Assembly (NCBI GenBank): GCA_003577105.1
Contig: QEUQ01000011.1
Coordinates: 9,918 to 73,917 of the forward strand
DNA: 64,000 nucleotides
Source: Acidobacteriota bacterium
Lineage (GTDB): Bacteria > Actinomycetota > Acidimicrobiia > ATN3
Direction: 5' to 3'
Shown here: positions 1 to 9,137 of the stretch, one piece after another
How positions within the stretch are numbered: the stretch's first letter is position 1
Layout of the letters: each line of letters begins with the position of its first letter
Notes under the pieces: generated by a model
Seen by the model: only the letters and a program-made list of their open reading frames with translations
Told to the model about the DNA's origin: nothing
Database searches by the model: none
Translations under genes and position numbers: made by a program

Positions 1-1
1 G

Positions 2-121
2 GAAGAAGTGCGTCAGGAGCCGATCAAGTCCGAGAAGGTTCCGCGCAACGCACCGTGTCCGTGCGGCTCAGGCAAGAAGTACAAGCAGTGTCACGGCTCC
101 GTGACAGCGAGCGCGGGGTAG
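2..121 (+). CDS. secA: SecA preprotein translocase, C-terminal fragment (gene begins upstream of window)
   Basis: Frame from nt 2 reads ...[29 protein letters not shown] then TAG 119-121. [14 protein letters not shown] is the canonical SecA C-terminal zinc-binding tail. Confidence 0.8.
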   Translation, partial: EEVRQEPIKSEKVPRNAPCPCGSGKKYKQCHGSVTASAG

Positions 122-127
122 GCGAGG

Positions 128-1211
128 TTGGAGGATCTGACCCGCCGCCTCAACGAGGCAAAGGAGTACCTTTGACCTCGCCGGCACCGAGGAGCAACTA
201 GCCTCACTACGCGAGGCCGCATCAGACCCCGGTCTTTGGGATGACCCAGATAACGCAAAGAAGGTGCTTGCGCGTCTATCCGCTGCCGAAGATGACGTGA
301 CGATGTTCGCGTCTCTCGAGAGGCGCATTGAAGACGCCGAGACCTTGCTCGAGCTTGGAGAGGCGGAAGGCGACGAGTCCGCGCTCGAAGAAGCCCAAGG
401 GGAGCTCGCTGCTCTCGCTGAGGAGATGGACCGGCTGGAGCTGAGAAGTCTCCTCGGAGGTGAGTTCGACAAGGCTGACGCAATCGTTTCAATTCACCCG
501 GGTGCCGGCGGGACCGACTCGGCAGATTGGGCCGACATGTTGCTTCGCATGTACATGAGGTGGTGCGAGCGGAGTGGACTCAAGGCGGAGCTTGATGAGT
601 ACCAGGAAGGTGAGGAAGCTGGGCTGAAGTCGGGGACAATTACGGTCTCGGGTCCCTACGCCTACGGCAAGCTTCTTGGCGAGAAGGGCGTACACCGACT
701 CGTGAGAATCTCGCCGTTTGACTCCAATGCCCGTCGTCACACGGCATTCGCTGCAGTCGACGTTGTTCCGGTGGTTGAAGACGATGCCGAGATTGAGATA
801 CGAGATGAGGATCTCAAGATCGATACATACCGCTCATCCGGGGCCGGTGGGCAACACGTCAACGTGACAGATTCAGCCGTGCGCATCACCCATCTTCCCA
901 GCGGCATTGTCGTTTCCTGTCAGAACCAGCGGAGCCAGCTTCAAAACAAGGCCAAGGCCATGGAGATCTTGCGCTCCCGCCTTGCGGACAAGATTCGAGA
1001 AGAGCGTGATGCTGAACTCGCGGCTCTCAGGGGTGAGCAGAAAGAAGTCGCGTTCGGAAGTCAGATCCGCAACTACGTGCTTCACCCGTACCAGCAGGTC
1101 AAGGATCTGCGCAGCAGCTGGGAGACGGGCAACATCAATGCAGTTCTCGACGGTGATCTCGATGGCGTGATCGAGTCGGTCCTGCGCCAACGGCGTTCGG
1201 GAAATTCGTAA
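128..1211 (+). CDS. prfB: Peptide chain release factor 2, expressed through a programmed +1 frameshift
   Basis: Frame 0 runs TTG128..CTT172 (LEDLTRRLNEAKEYL) and hits in-frame TGA 173-175. The +1 frame from GAC174 reads DLAGTEEQLASLREAASDPGLWDDPDNAKK and runs into the 264..1211 ORF. The body has the RF2 SPF tripeptide (RISPFDS) and GGQ (SGAGGQHVN). Confidence 0.9.
161..176 (+). promoter_or_regulatory. RF2 autoregulatory +1 frameshift site (internal SD-like AAGGAG, 3-nt spacer, CTT TGA C)
   Basis: AAGGAG at 161-166, TAC, then CTT TGA C at 170-176. This has the same architecture as the E. coli prfB shift site. Confidence 0.85.
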
Positions 1212-1297
1212 ATCCTTCCGCGCGCTACAGCCGGTGCCGCTAAAATGTGTACATAGATAGGGAACTACATGTGTACCGTTGCAGACAAGGCACAACC

Positions 1298-1558
1298 ATG
1301 AACGTCGGAGTACGTCAACTACGAGACAACCTGCGTGCCTGCCTCGCAGCTGTAAAAGGGGGAGAAGAAGTGCTGGTCACCGAGCATGGGCGTCCGGTCG
1401 CCCGCATCGTTCCGATTGCGGGGCCAGCCAATATTGAACGGCTCATTGAGGCCGGAGTAATCAGCCCGCCAACTGAATCCGCTGCCGGCCCAGGCCGCGC
1501 CAAGCGGGTTGGCGCACGGGGTCCGGTATCGGAGTTGGTCAAAGACCAGCGGCGGTGA
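1298..1558 (+). CDS. Type II antitoxin, Phd/YefM (prevent-host-death) family
   Basis: MNVGVRQLRDNLRACLAAVKGGEEVLVTEHGRPVARIVPI is a typical Phd/YefM N-terminus. It is 86 aa and its stop overlaps the downstream PIN gene start (GTGA). The ATG at 1298 was chosen over the longer 1247 ORF. Confidence 0.75.
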   Translation: MNVGVRQLRDNLRACLAAVKGGEEVLVTEHGRPVARIVPIAGPANIERLIEAGVISPPTESAAGPGRAKRVGARGPVSELVKDQRR

Positions 1559-1992
1559 ATGCATATTTCGAGACGTCGGCGGTCGTGAAGCTGCTCGTCG
1601 ACGAGGCAAGTTCGGAAATTGCAGCCGACTTATGGGATGCGGCTGACCGCCGCATCACGAGCCGCATCACTTTCGTAGAAGCATTTGCCGCGCTCGCTGA
1701 CGCGAATAGGTCAGGGCGGCTCTCATTGGCAGCTCACAAGCGAGCGAAGGTTGCTCTCTCGCGTCGCGTCGGCCAGATGTACATAGTTGAGATCAGCCCA
1801 GCGCTGGGGCTGCTCGCGGGTGAGCTTGCCGAGCGCCACGCCCTTCGTGGTTACGACGCCGTCCATCTCGCTTCAGCAATTGTCCTCGAAGACATCGGCG
1901 CGGTCTTTGTCTCGTGGGATTCGGAGCTTGTGCGAGCCGCGTCGGCGGCTGGATTTCCTACGGCAGGAGGCCGCGCACGCGAGCCTCGTTAG
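1555..1992 (+). CDS. vapC: PIN-domain toxin (VapC-like ribonuclease)
   Basis: 145 aa. N-terminal YFETSAVVKLLVDE and later RGYDAVHLASA match PIN acidic-residue spacing. It has a 4-nt overlap with the upstream antitoxin. Confidence 0.7.
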   Translation: MNAYFETSAVVKLLVDEASSEIAADLWDAADRRITSRITFVEAFAALADANRSGRLSLAAHKRAKVALSRRVGQMYIVEISPALGLLAGELAERHALRGYDAVHLASAIVLEDIGAVFVSWDSELVRAASAAGFPTAGGRAREPR

Positions 1993-2136
1993 GTTTTCAG
2001 ACCGCGACCGCTTGGCAGGCCATGAAGCGGAGCGCGGGCTGGTTCGCTCGCTGCTCACTCTGCTTGACACATGGTCGATCCTGAGTGAGACCGGGTCAGT
2101 AGTGGCTCGGGGAGCGAGCGAGCTCTACGGGCCATC

Positions 2137-2202
2137 AGACAATTTGTCTCATGCGATGGATATGCTCGATGGCGATGGGAGTTAGATGTCTCTAGATGTC
2201 TA
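2137..2202. promoter_or_regulatory. Operator-like repeat cluster upstream of the small ORF and restriction-modification gene
   Basis: Palindrome AGACAATTTGTCT at 2137-2149 and tandem TAGATGTCT(C/A) at 2183-2192 and 2193-2202. The half-site TGTCT/AGACA occurs 4 times within 66 bp. Confidence 0.35.
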
Positions 2203-2615
2203 GGGAGTCGAGAGAAGGGACTACCGTGGGGGAGGATAAGGCCAGCCGGCGGAATACGAGAACCGAGTCGGTCGAAGAATCGGGAATTACTGAGTTTCGT
2301 GAATCGAATGTGATGGTAAAGGGCCGCACCCCAGAGCAAGAGCGCTCCGAGAAGATCATGCGCTTCGTGGGCGACGCGATGCTTGCCATCGAAGAAGCTA
2401 GCCGTGAGTTCGCCGATACGCTCACGGCCTGCCGTGACATGGGGGCCGATGCCAAGATAATCGGCGCACTCGAAGAGGCAATCACCGGCCTCGAACAGGT
2501 TCGCAAACGCGTCTGGCAGCAGGCATATCTCGGCGGTGGTCGCATCCGGCTCGAGTTGGGTGATGTCGATGCTCCCGACTACGACACTTCGCCAGGTGAC
2601 CAGACGCTCTTCTGA
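2196..2615 (+). CDS. Hypothetical protein (139 aa if ATG2196; alternative start ATG2313)
   Basis: Open frame with GC-rich third positions. Its stop overlaps the start of the MmeI-like gene (TGATG at 2612-2617). No recognisable motif; predicted helical and acidic. Confidence 0.45.
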   Translation: MSRESREGTTVGEDKASRRNTRTESVEESGITEFRESNVMVKGRTPEQERSEKIMRFVGDAMLAIEEASREFADTLTACRDMGADAKIIGALEEAITGLEQVRKRVWQQAYLGGGRIRLELGDVDAPDYDTSPGDQTLF

Positions 2616-5365
2616 TGAAATCCGGCGAAGAGATCAAGTCAGCTCTCGATCATTTCGCGCGAAAATGGCGTGGCTACTCCGGCTCAGAAAAGAGCGAGGC
2701 CCAGACCTACCTAAACGAGCTCTTGGCGTGTTTCGGCACTGACCGTTTGGCAGCCGGTGCCAAGTTCGAAGACCCTCAGAAGTCTGACGACGGTGCCGGT
2801 TTCATCGACATGTTCTGGCCGGGCGTCTGCATCATCGAGATGAAACGCCCGTCAGAGGCTGGCCGCCTCTCGGCCCACCGCGAACAGGCCAAGCGCTATT
2901 GGACGCACTCCGCCGACGTGGCTACCGACACGCCAGCCCCGCCCTATCTCGTTCTCTGCGCCTTCTCGATGTTCGAGATCTGGGAGCCCGGGCGTTTCCC
3001 CAACGCACCTCGGGCCGAAGTCACACTTGACGAACTCCCCGACCGCTACGACGCGCTCCTCTTTCTTGCCGGCGAAGAACCGACCTTTGCCGGCCCACGC
3101 CACGAGCTGACCGTCAAGGCCGCGGGGTCGATCGCGGCGCTATATCAGAGCCTCGCCGACCGCAAGGCTGCTCCGGTCAAGACGCTCCGCGAGTTTGTCT
3201 TGCAGTGCGTCTGGTGCCTCTTCGCCGAGAGCCTCGAGATGATCTCGGGGCGCCCGGTCGAGAAGATCGTCGAAGCGCTCATGAAAGACCCAAACCGATC
3301 GTCATCAGGCGAACTTGGCCAGCTCTTCGACGCGCTCAACGAGAAGAAAGCCAAACAGAAAGGTGGCATTTACGCGGGCACGCCCTATGCAAACGGCGGC
3401 CTCTTCGAACGCCCCGCCCGCGTGCATCTTGAGCCCGACGAGCTGGAATTGCTTGCAGAGGCCGCTCGCCACGACTGGCGACAGGTTGACCCCACCATCT
3501 TCGGCTCGCTCATGGAGGGTTGCCTCGGCCGCGGCCGCCGGTGGGAGCTTGGCGCTCACTACACCCATGAGTCAGACATCATGAAGATCGTCCGCCCTAC
3601 GATTGTCGAGCCTTGGCAAGCGCTGATCGATTCGGTCGAGACACCCGAGGCTGCCGAGAGCGTGTTGCGCGATTTGTGCGAATTCAAGGTGCTCGACCCG
3701 GCATGTGGATGCGGCAATTTCCTCTATGTGGCCTATCGCGAGTTGCGATCGCTTGAAGCTCAACTCAAGGCGCGTGTCGGCGAACTCGAGGCTGTTACCG
3801 GGGCCAAGGCGTCGCAACGAGAACTTCCCGGCTACCCGATCTCGAACATCTACGGCATCGAGATCGAGGAGTTCGCAGTGATGATCTCGCGAGTCACGCT
3901 CTGGATGGGGCACAAGCTTGCAGCTGACAGATTCGGCGTCGTCGAGCCAGTGCTTCCATTGGTCGACCTTGCCAATATCCAGCAGGCCGACGCGCTCAGA
4001 GTTGACTGGCCCGAAGTTGACGCCATCATCGGCAACCCACCCTTTCACGGTTCTCAACAACTGCGACGCGAACTCGGCGACGATTACGTCGAGTGGCTCA
4101 AGGGCGAGTTCAAATGCGGAGTCAAAGACTTCTGTGCGTACTGGTATCGCCGCGCAGCCGATAACTTGCAGCCCGGGCAACGTGCCGGGTTGGTCGGCAC
4201 CAACTCGATTGCCCAGAACCGCGCCCGCTCTGCCGCTCTCGACTACGTAGTGGCTAAGGGCGGCGTTATCACCAACGCGATTGCTAGCCAGAAGTGGCCT
4301 GGCGAGGCCAAGGTTCACGTGGCGATTGTCAATTGGCAGCAATCGCCGGCTGACAAGCCCGATCACTTCGAACTTGACGGCGAGGAAGTTGACGGAATCT
4401 CAACCGACCTCAGAACACCGGGCACCTCGGCGGCTAGCGCCGTCGCCCTCGAGGCAAACCGGGGGTTCGCGTTTCAGGGTCCCATACCTGTCGGTGCAGG
4501 TTTCATTCTCGACAACGACGAGGCCGCCGAGATTCTCGCCCGCGACGATGCGAACTACGCCGAAGTTGTGCGCCCCTACTTGATCGGCGACGACATTGCC
4601 AAGAACCCGGCACTCGGGCCGACGCGCTGGATCATCGATTTCGCGTCAATGCCCCTTGAAGATGCGATGCGTTACCCGGCAGCGATTGAAGTCGTTCGCA
4701 AGCGGGTCAAGCCGGAGCGAGAGGGCAACCGAATGAAGCGACGTCGTGAGAAATGGTGGCAGTTTGGCTCAAACGCGAACGAAATGCGCGACGCAATCAA
4801 CGGCTTGCCGCGCTTCATCGCTTCCACGGCAACGGGCAAGCGTGCTTACTTCATCTGGTGCGGGCCCACTTGGTGCCTAAGCAATCTCACCAACGTCTTC
4901 GCCTTTGACGACGACTACACCTTCGGCATCCTCACATCCCGCATCCACACCGCGTGGGCCTGGGCCAGGTCGTCGACGCTGAAGGGTGACATCCGATACA
5001 CGCCAAGTACTGTCTTTGAGTCATTCCCCTTCCCCTGGCCTGTCGGCGAAGACGAGTCGAAGCGGGTCACAGCTGCCGCAATCGAAATCGACCGCCTCCG
5101 GCGCGAGCTATGCGCCGCGGAGCAGTTCGGTCTAACAACTTTGTACAACAGGGTTGACGAGGGTGCATACGTCGAGCTGGCCAAGGCGCACAGCGAACTC
5201 GACCTTGCAGTCGTTGCTTGCTACGGATGGCCAAAGGCGGCAGCCACCGTCGACGCCGAGATCGTTCGCCGCCTCCTCGACCTCAACCAACAAATCGCGG
5301 AGCAGAAGCGTGAGTACCGTCCGTTTGCCGCCCGGCTGAAATCAGGCGAGTCAGTGCTCTTTTGA
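2615..5365 (+). CDS. Type IIL (MmeI-family) bifunctional restriction endonuclease / N6-adenine DNA methyltransferase
   Basis: 916 aa. N-terminal D-X9-E-X-K nuclease motif (FIDMFWPGVCIIEMK), SAM motif I VLDPACGCGNFLYVA, catalytic motif IV IIGNPPFHG, and a long C-terminal target-recognition region. Size and order match MmeI-type single-chain enzymes. Confidence 0.8.
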   Translation: MKSGEEIKSALDHFARKWRGYSGSEKSEAQTYLNELLACFGTDRLAAGAKFEDPQKSDDGAGFIDMFWPGVCIIEMKRPSEAGRLSAHREQAKRYWTHSADVATDTPAPPYLVLCAFSMFEIWEPGRFPNAPRAEVTLDELPDRYDALLFLAGEEPTFAGPRHELTVKAAGSIAALYQSLADRKAAPVKTLREFVLQCVWCLFAESLEMISGRPVEKIVEALMKDPNRSSSGELGQLFDALNEKKAKQKGGIYAGTPYANGGLFERPARVHLEPDELELLAEAARHDWRQVDPTIFGSLMEGCLGRGRRWELGAHYTHESDIMKIVRPTIVEPWQALIDSVETPEAAESVLRDLCEFKVLDPACGCGNFLYVAYRELRSLEAQLKARVGELEAVTGAKASQRELPGYPISNIYGIEIEEFAVMISRVTLWMGHKLAADRFGVVEPVLPLVDLANIQQADALRVDWPEVDAIIGNPPFHGSQQLRRELGDDYVEWLKGEFKCGVKDFCAYWYRRAADNLQPGQRAGLVGTNSIAQNRARSAALDYVVAKGGVITNAIASQKWPGEAKVHVAIVNWQQSPADKPDHFELDGEEVDGISTDLRTPGTSAASAVALEANRGFAFQGPIPVGAGFILDNDEAAEILARDDANYAEVVRPYLIGDDIAKNPALGPTRWIIDFASMPLEDAMRYPAAIEVVRKRVKPEREGNRMKRRREKWWQFGSNANEMRDAINGLPRFIASTATGKRAYFIWCGPTWCLSNLTNVFAFDDDYTFGILTSRIHTAWAWARSSTLKGDIRYTPSTVFESFPFPWPVGEDESKRVTAAAIEIDRLRRELCAAEQFGLTTLYNRVDEGAYVELAKAHSELDLAVVACYGWPKAAATVDAEIVRRLLDLNQQIAEQKREYRPFAARLKSGESVLF

Positions 5366-5431
5366 GCACTCCAATCAGGTCTCAGCCTGACCGTCATTGC
5401 TGCGCTGGGCTGGCTACCAAGCGCGATTGCG

Positions 5432-7342
5432 TTACAAAATCAGATCGCGCACGGCCGCGGCGATTGCACCCGCCGAGATCCCGGCTTCTTCCCGTAGCTC
5501 CTCCGGCGACGCCGACCCCGGCATGTTGCGAACTGCAAGTGAGCGAAAGCGGGCGTTAACGCCCTCGGCCGCAAGACCTGCGAGGACGGCCTCAGCTAGC
5601 CCGCCCTCAGGGTGGTGGTCTTCGACCGTAATCACTGCACCGGTCTCAGCAGCCGCCTGTGAAATTCCCGCGGAGTCAATCGGCTTGATCGAGTACGCAT
5701 CGATCACTCTGATCTTGATGCCCTCGGCTGCGAGGGACTCTGCAGCCGTGAGTCCTTCAATCACGCCAATTCCCGACCCGACCACGGTCGCGACTGCGCC
5801 GTCACCGTCGGATCCGGCCACGATCTTGGAGCCACCAATCGGGAACTCCTCATCGGCCTGGTACAAGATCGGCGTCACCCCTCGCATGGTTCGGAGGTAA
5901 GAGACCCCATCGAGATCGGCCATTTGCTCGACGAGCCTCACAGTCGATGGCCCGTCACACGGGCACAGCACGGTGCTGCCGTGGACTGCCCGCATCATCG
6001 CTACGTCTTCGACGCCCATCTGAGACGGGCCGTCTTGCCCGATTGAAATCCCGGCATGCGAGCCGCACACCCTAATGCTCACTCCTGATACCGACGCCAT
6101 GCGAATGAAGTCATATGCCCTGGTCAGAAATGCCGCAAACGAGCTTGAGAAGGTTGTCTTGCCAAGTGCAGCCATGCCGACGGCGGCTCCGACCATCAAC
6201 TGCTCGGCGATAAACATCTCGAAAAATCGATCAGGGAAGGCGTTCTCAAAGATGTTGGCGAATGTCGAGTTCCCGACCTCTCCGTCGAGCACGAAAATGT
6301 CAGGTCGGACTGCACCTAGGGCCTGCAACGTGTCGCCATACGCCTGGCGGGTCGCAACGCCGTCTTCGTAGGTCGGGCGGACATATCCGGCGAGAGAAGC
6401 GACAGTCGGTGGCTTGGCGGGAGCGGGCAACACCGGATCGGGCTTGGCGACACTGAGTGTCACGCCGTGGTACCCACCCAGCTCGTCAATTGCGCGTTCG
6501 GCGAGATCGCCCGGGAGCGGCTTGCCGTGCCAGCCGTTCTTGTCCGCGATCTCACTTACCCCATGCCCCTTGACCGTTCGCGCAATTATCAGAACCGGGC
6601 GATCCGAGATCCCGGTGGCCTCTTCATATGCCCTGTCAATTGCCTCAACGTCGTGCCCGTCGATCTCAATCGTGTGCCAGCCAAACGCCTGAGCTCGCGT
6701 CGCATAGGCAGGCGAGTTCCATTCGAGTTGGGTGGCACCGCGCTGGCCGAGGCGGTTCATATCCATGATCCCGACCAGATTGGACAAGCCATAGTGGGAG
6801 GCTGTCCCCATCGCCTCCCAGACCGACCCCTCTGCCATTTCTGAGTCACCGAGGAGCACCCACACCGTGTAGCCGAGGCCGTCTCGCTGACCGGCGAGTG
6901 CCATCCCGACTGCGATCGGCAGGCCCTGGCCGAGCGAACCCGTTGCCGTATCGACCCAGGGCAGGCGAGGTACGGGGTGGCCCTCGAAGAGACTCCCTTG
7001 TTTGCGGAGCGACATAAGCTCGTCGTCGGAAATGACACCAGCCGCCTTGTATGCGGCGTACAAGACCGGTGCGCCATGACCTTTGGAGACGACCAAGCGG
7101 TCGTTCGATGGCGATTTCGGGTTGTCGAAGTCGTAGCGGAGATGGCTCGCGAAGAGCACTGACATCAGGTGTGCCGAGGACATCGCCGAGGTGGGATGAC
7201 CGGATCCGGCCTCGGTCGTGCTTCGGATGCTGTCGATTGCCAGGTCCGCCGCCAGATCATTCCAGGTCTCCACCTGACCCACTTCCGCCTCCTGAGTTTT
7301 CGCCGGGATGCGCACACTACCGGATTCGCAGGCCGCAGCCAT
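5432..7342 (-). CDS. tkt: Transketolase
   Basis: 636 aa. GSGHPTSAMSSAHLMSVLF (ThDP His motif), LLGDSEMAEGSVWEA (GD..E.G metal/ThDP motif), FIAEQ pyrimidine-binding domain. Confidence 0.85.
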   Translation of the reverse strand: MAAACESGSVRIPAKTQEAEVGQVETWNDLAADLAIDSIRSTTEAGSGHPTSAMSSAHLMSVLFASHLRYDFDNPKSPSNDRLVVSKGHGAPVLYAAYKAAGVISDDELMSLRKQGSLFEGHPVPRLPWVDTATGSLGQGLPIAVGMALAGQRDGLGYTVWVLLGDSEMAEGSVWEAMGTASHYGLSNLVGIMDMNRLGQRGATQLEWNSPAYATRAQAFGWHTIEIDGHDVEAIDRAYEEATGISDRPVLIIARTVKGHGVSEIADKNGWHGKPLPGDLAERAIDELGGYHGVTLSVAKPDPVLPAPAKPPTVASLAGYVRPTYEDGVATRQAYGDTLQALGAVRPDIFVLDGEVGNSTFANIFENAFPDRFFEMFIAEQLMVGAAVGMAALGKTTFSSSFAAFLTRAYDFIRMASVSGVSIRVCGSHAGISIGQDGPSQMGVEDVAMMRAVHGSTVLCPCDGPSTVRLVEQMADLDGVSYLRTMRGVTPILYQADEEFPIGGSKIVAGSDGDGAVATVVGSGIGVIEGLTAAESLAAEGIKIRVIDAYSIKPIDSAGISQAAAETGAVITVEDHHPEGGLAEAVLAGLAAEGVNARFRSLAVRNMPGSASPEELREEAGISAGAIAAAVRDLIL

Positions 7343-7510
7343 GCGAATAGGGCGAGGGTGGTTCCAAATGTCACCATCCGCTGTTAAGATCGCGTGGTAC
7401 TGCTGCCCGGAATCGGAACTTCCGCCAAGCGCGGAACGTCAGAAAAATATGCCTGACATGCATTTCCACGCACGCCACACGGGCACCGCAATCCTGGAGG
7501 GATTGCCCCA

Positions 7511-8203
7511 TTGATCACCACTGACAAAGTCTCAAAGGTCTATAAGAACGGAACTGTCGCGCTCGACAACATCAGCGTCGACATCCAAAAAGGTGAGTTT
7601 GTCTTCGTCGTTGGGCCCTCGGGTTCGGGCAAGTCAACCTTTATTCGCCTTCTAATCAAGGAAGAGGAGCCGACGGAGGGCAACATCTGGGTTGCCGGCA
7701 AGCAAATCAACAACCTCTCCTCCTGGAAGGTCCCATATCTGCGCCGCAACATTGGGTGCGTCTTCCAAGATTTCAAACTACTGCCGACAAAGACGGTTGC
7801 CGAGAACGTAGCGTTTGCGATGCAGGTGATCGGGCGACCGAAATCTGCAATCGAGACGCACATTCCTCAAATTTTGGAATTGGTCGGATTGCGAGAGAAG
7901 GCCGGTAACTATCCAGACGAGCTATCTGGCGGTGAGCAGCAGCGAGTTTCTATTGCTCGGGCCTTTGTGAACCGCCCGCTTGTGCTGCTCTGCGATGAGC
8001 CAACCGGAAACCTCGATCCGAAGACTTCGACCGGGATCATGCGCCTCCTCGACAGGATCAATCGAACTGGCACCACAGTGCTCATGGCTACTCACGATCA
8101 CTCGATTGTTGACTCCATGCGCCGCAGAGTGATTCAGCTCGAGGGCGGTCATTTGGTGCGCGACGAGGACCGAGGCATGTACGGAGTGGGTGCCCAGGCA
8201 TGA
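7511..8203 (+). CDS. ftsE: Cell division ATP-binding protein FtsE
   Basis: TTG start. Walker [10 protein letters not shown], signature LSGGEQQRV, Walker [12 protein letters not shown]. Followed by ftsX with an ATGA overlap. Confidence 0.9.
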   Translation: MITTDKVSKVYKNGTVALDNISVDIQKGEFVFVVGPSGSGKSTFIRLLIKEEEPTEGNIWVAGKQINNLSSWKVPYLRRNIGCVFQDFKLLPTKTVAENVAFAMQVIGRPKSAIETHIPQILELVGLREKAGNYPDELSGGEQQRVSIARAFVNRPLVLLCDEPTGNLDPKTSTGIMRLLDRINRTGTTVLMATHDHSIVDSMRRRVIQLEGGHLVRDEDRGMYGVGAQA

Positions 8204-9078
8204 GCGTCAAAGGCGGCTACTTCATAGGTGAGACGTTTCAGAACATCCGCCGCAATTTCCTCATGGCGGCGTCGGCGATTCTCACCGTCGCCATCTCGCT
8301 TGCCTTGCTTGGGTCAGTCCTCCTGATCAGGCAATGGACTGACACGATTGTCGGGCGCTGGCGCGGCAACGTTGAGATAAACGTCTTCCTGCGAAATGAC
8401 GCAAGTGAGCCGCAAATACAGGCCGTTCAGTCGAAGATTTCGTCAATCCCAGATGTCAAAGAGTTCCGTTACGTCTCAAAGGAAGAGGCGCTGACTGAAT
8501 TCCAAGAGATGTTCAAAGACAAGAAAGATCTCGTCGAAAACGTCGGGCCTGGAGTCCTGCCGGCTTCGTTCAGGATCACCCTCAAGGATCCCGAGGAGGC
8601 CGACGCGGTCGGGGACCAGATAAAGGGATTGCCCGGAGTTGACGAGGTTCAATACGCCAGTCAGACGATCAAGCGACTTACCGCGATCACAAATTGGGTG
8701 ACCGCGGGCATGGCCTTTTTCGTGGCGATCTTTGCGATTGCCGCAGTGTTGCTCATCGCCAACACAATCAGGCTGGCAGTGTTCGCTAGACGTAAGGAGA
8801 TCGGCATCATGAAGCTGGTCGGCGCAACCAACTGGTTTGTGCGTGTCCCCTTCATGCTTGAAGGTCTGCTCACTGGTTTCATAGGAAGCGTGCTGGCCTT
8901 CGCCGGCATCTACGGGCTTGCCATGCTTACGAGGCGCGTGCAGTCGCTGGCGCCGATCTTCGACGCAGCCGTCGGAACCGGTGCGGCAATTGAGACCGGC
9001 CTCATTCTCGTAGTCTTCGGCATTGGTGTCGGGATTCTCGGCTCTGGCATAGCACTAAGACGCTTCCTCGACGTCTAA
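8200..9078 (+). CDS. ftsX: Cell division permease FtsX
   Basis: 292 aa with one N-terminal TM, an extracellular domain and three C-terminal TMs (FtsX topology). Translationally coupled to ftsE. Confidence 0.85.
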   Translation: MSVKGGYFIGETFQNIRRNFLMAASAILTVAISLALLGSVLLIRQWTDTIVGRWRGNVEINVFLRNDASEPQIQAVQSKISSIPDVKEFRYVSKEEALTEFQEMFKDKKDLVENVGPGVLPASFRITLKDPEEADAVGDQIKGLPGVDEVQYASQTIKRLTAITNWVTAGMAFFVAIFAIAAVLLIANTIRLAVFARRKEIGIMKLVGATNWFVRVPFMLEGLLTGFIGSVLAFAGIYGLAMLTRRVQSLAPIFDAAVGTGAAIETGLILVVFGIGVGILGSGIALRRFLDV

Positions 9079-9137
9079 AGGGGTGTGAATCCCTGCCAAC
9101 CTGGTTCGGAGCGTGCATCGTGGAGAGACGAAGAGGC

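Noticed and set aside
264-1211. ORF-track start of RF2 at Met264
   Set aside because: The RF2-like sequence continues upstream in the same frame to GAC174 and is joined to a frame-0 leader by the canonical CTT TGA C shift site.
3572-4366. 264-aa antisense ORF inside the MmeI-like gene. The same applies to 25166..26026 (inside the GMC gene), 20700..21623 (across the anti-sigma and HNH genes), 40837..41850 (inside the membrane protein gene) and 45146..45736 (inside tldD).
   Set aside because: These are typical high-GC shadow ORFs: Arg/Pro/Ser/Ala-rich, with no motifs. Each overlaps a gene that has clear family signatures on the other strand or frame.
5366-5431. Possible bidirectional terminator between the convergent MmeI-like and tkt genes
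   Set aside because: Only short imperfect stems (GGTC..GACC) without a T-run. Not convincing.
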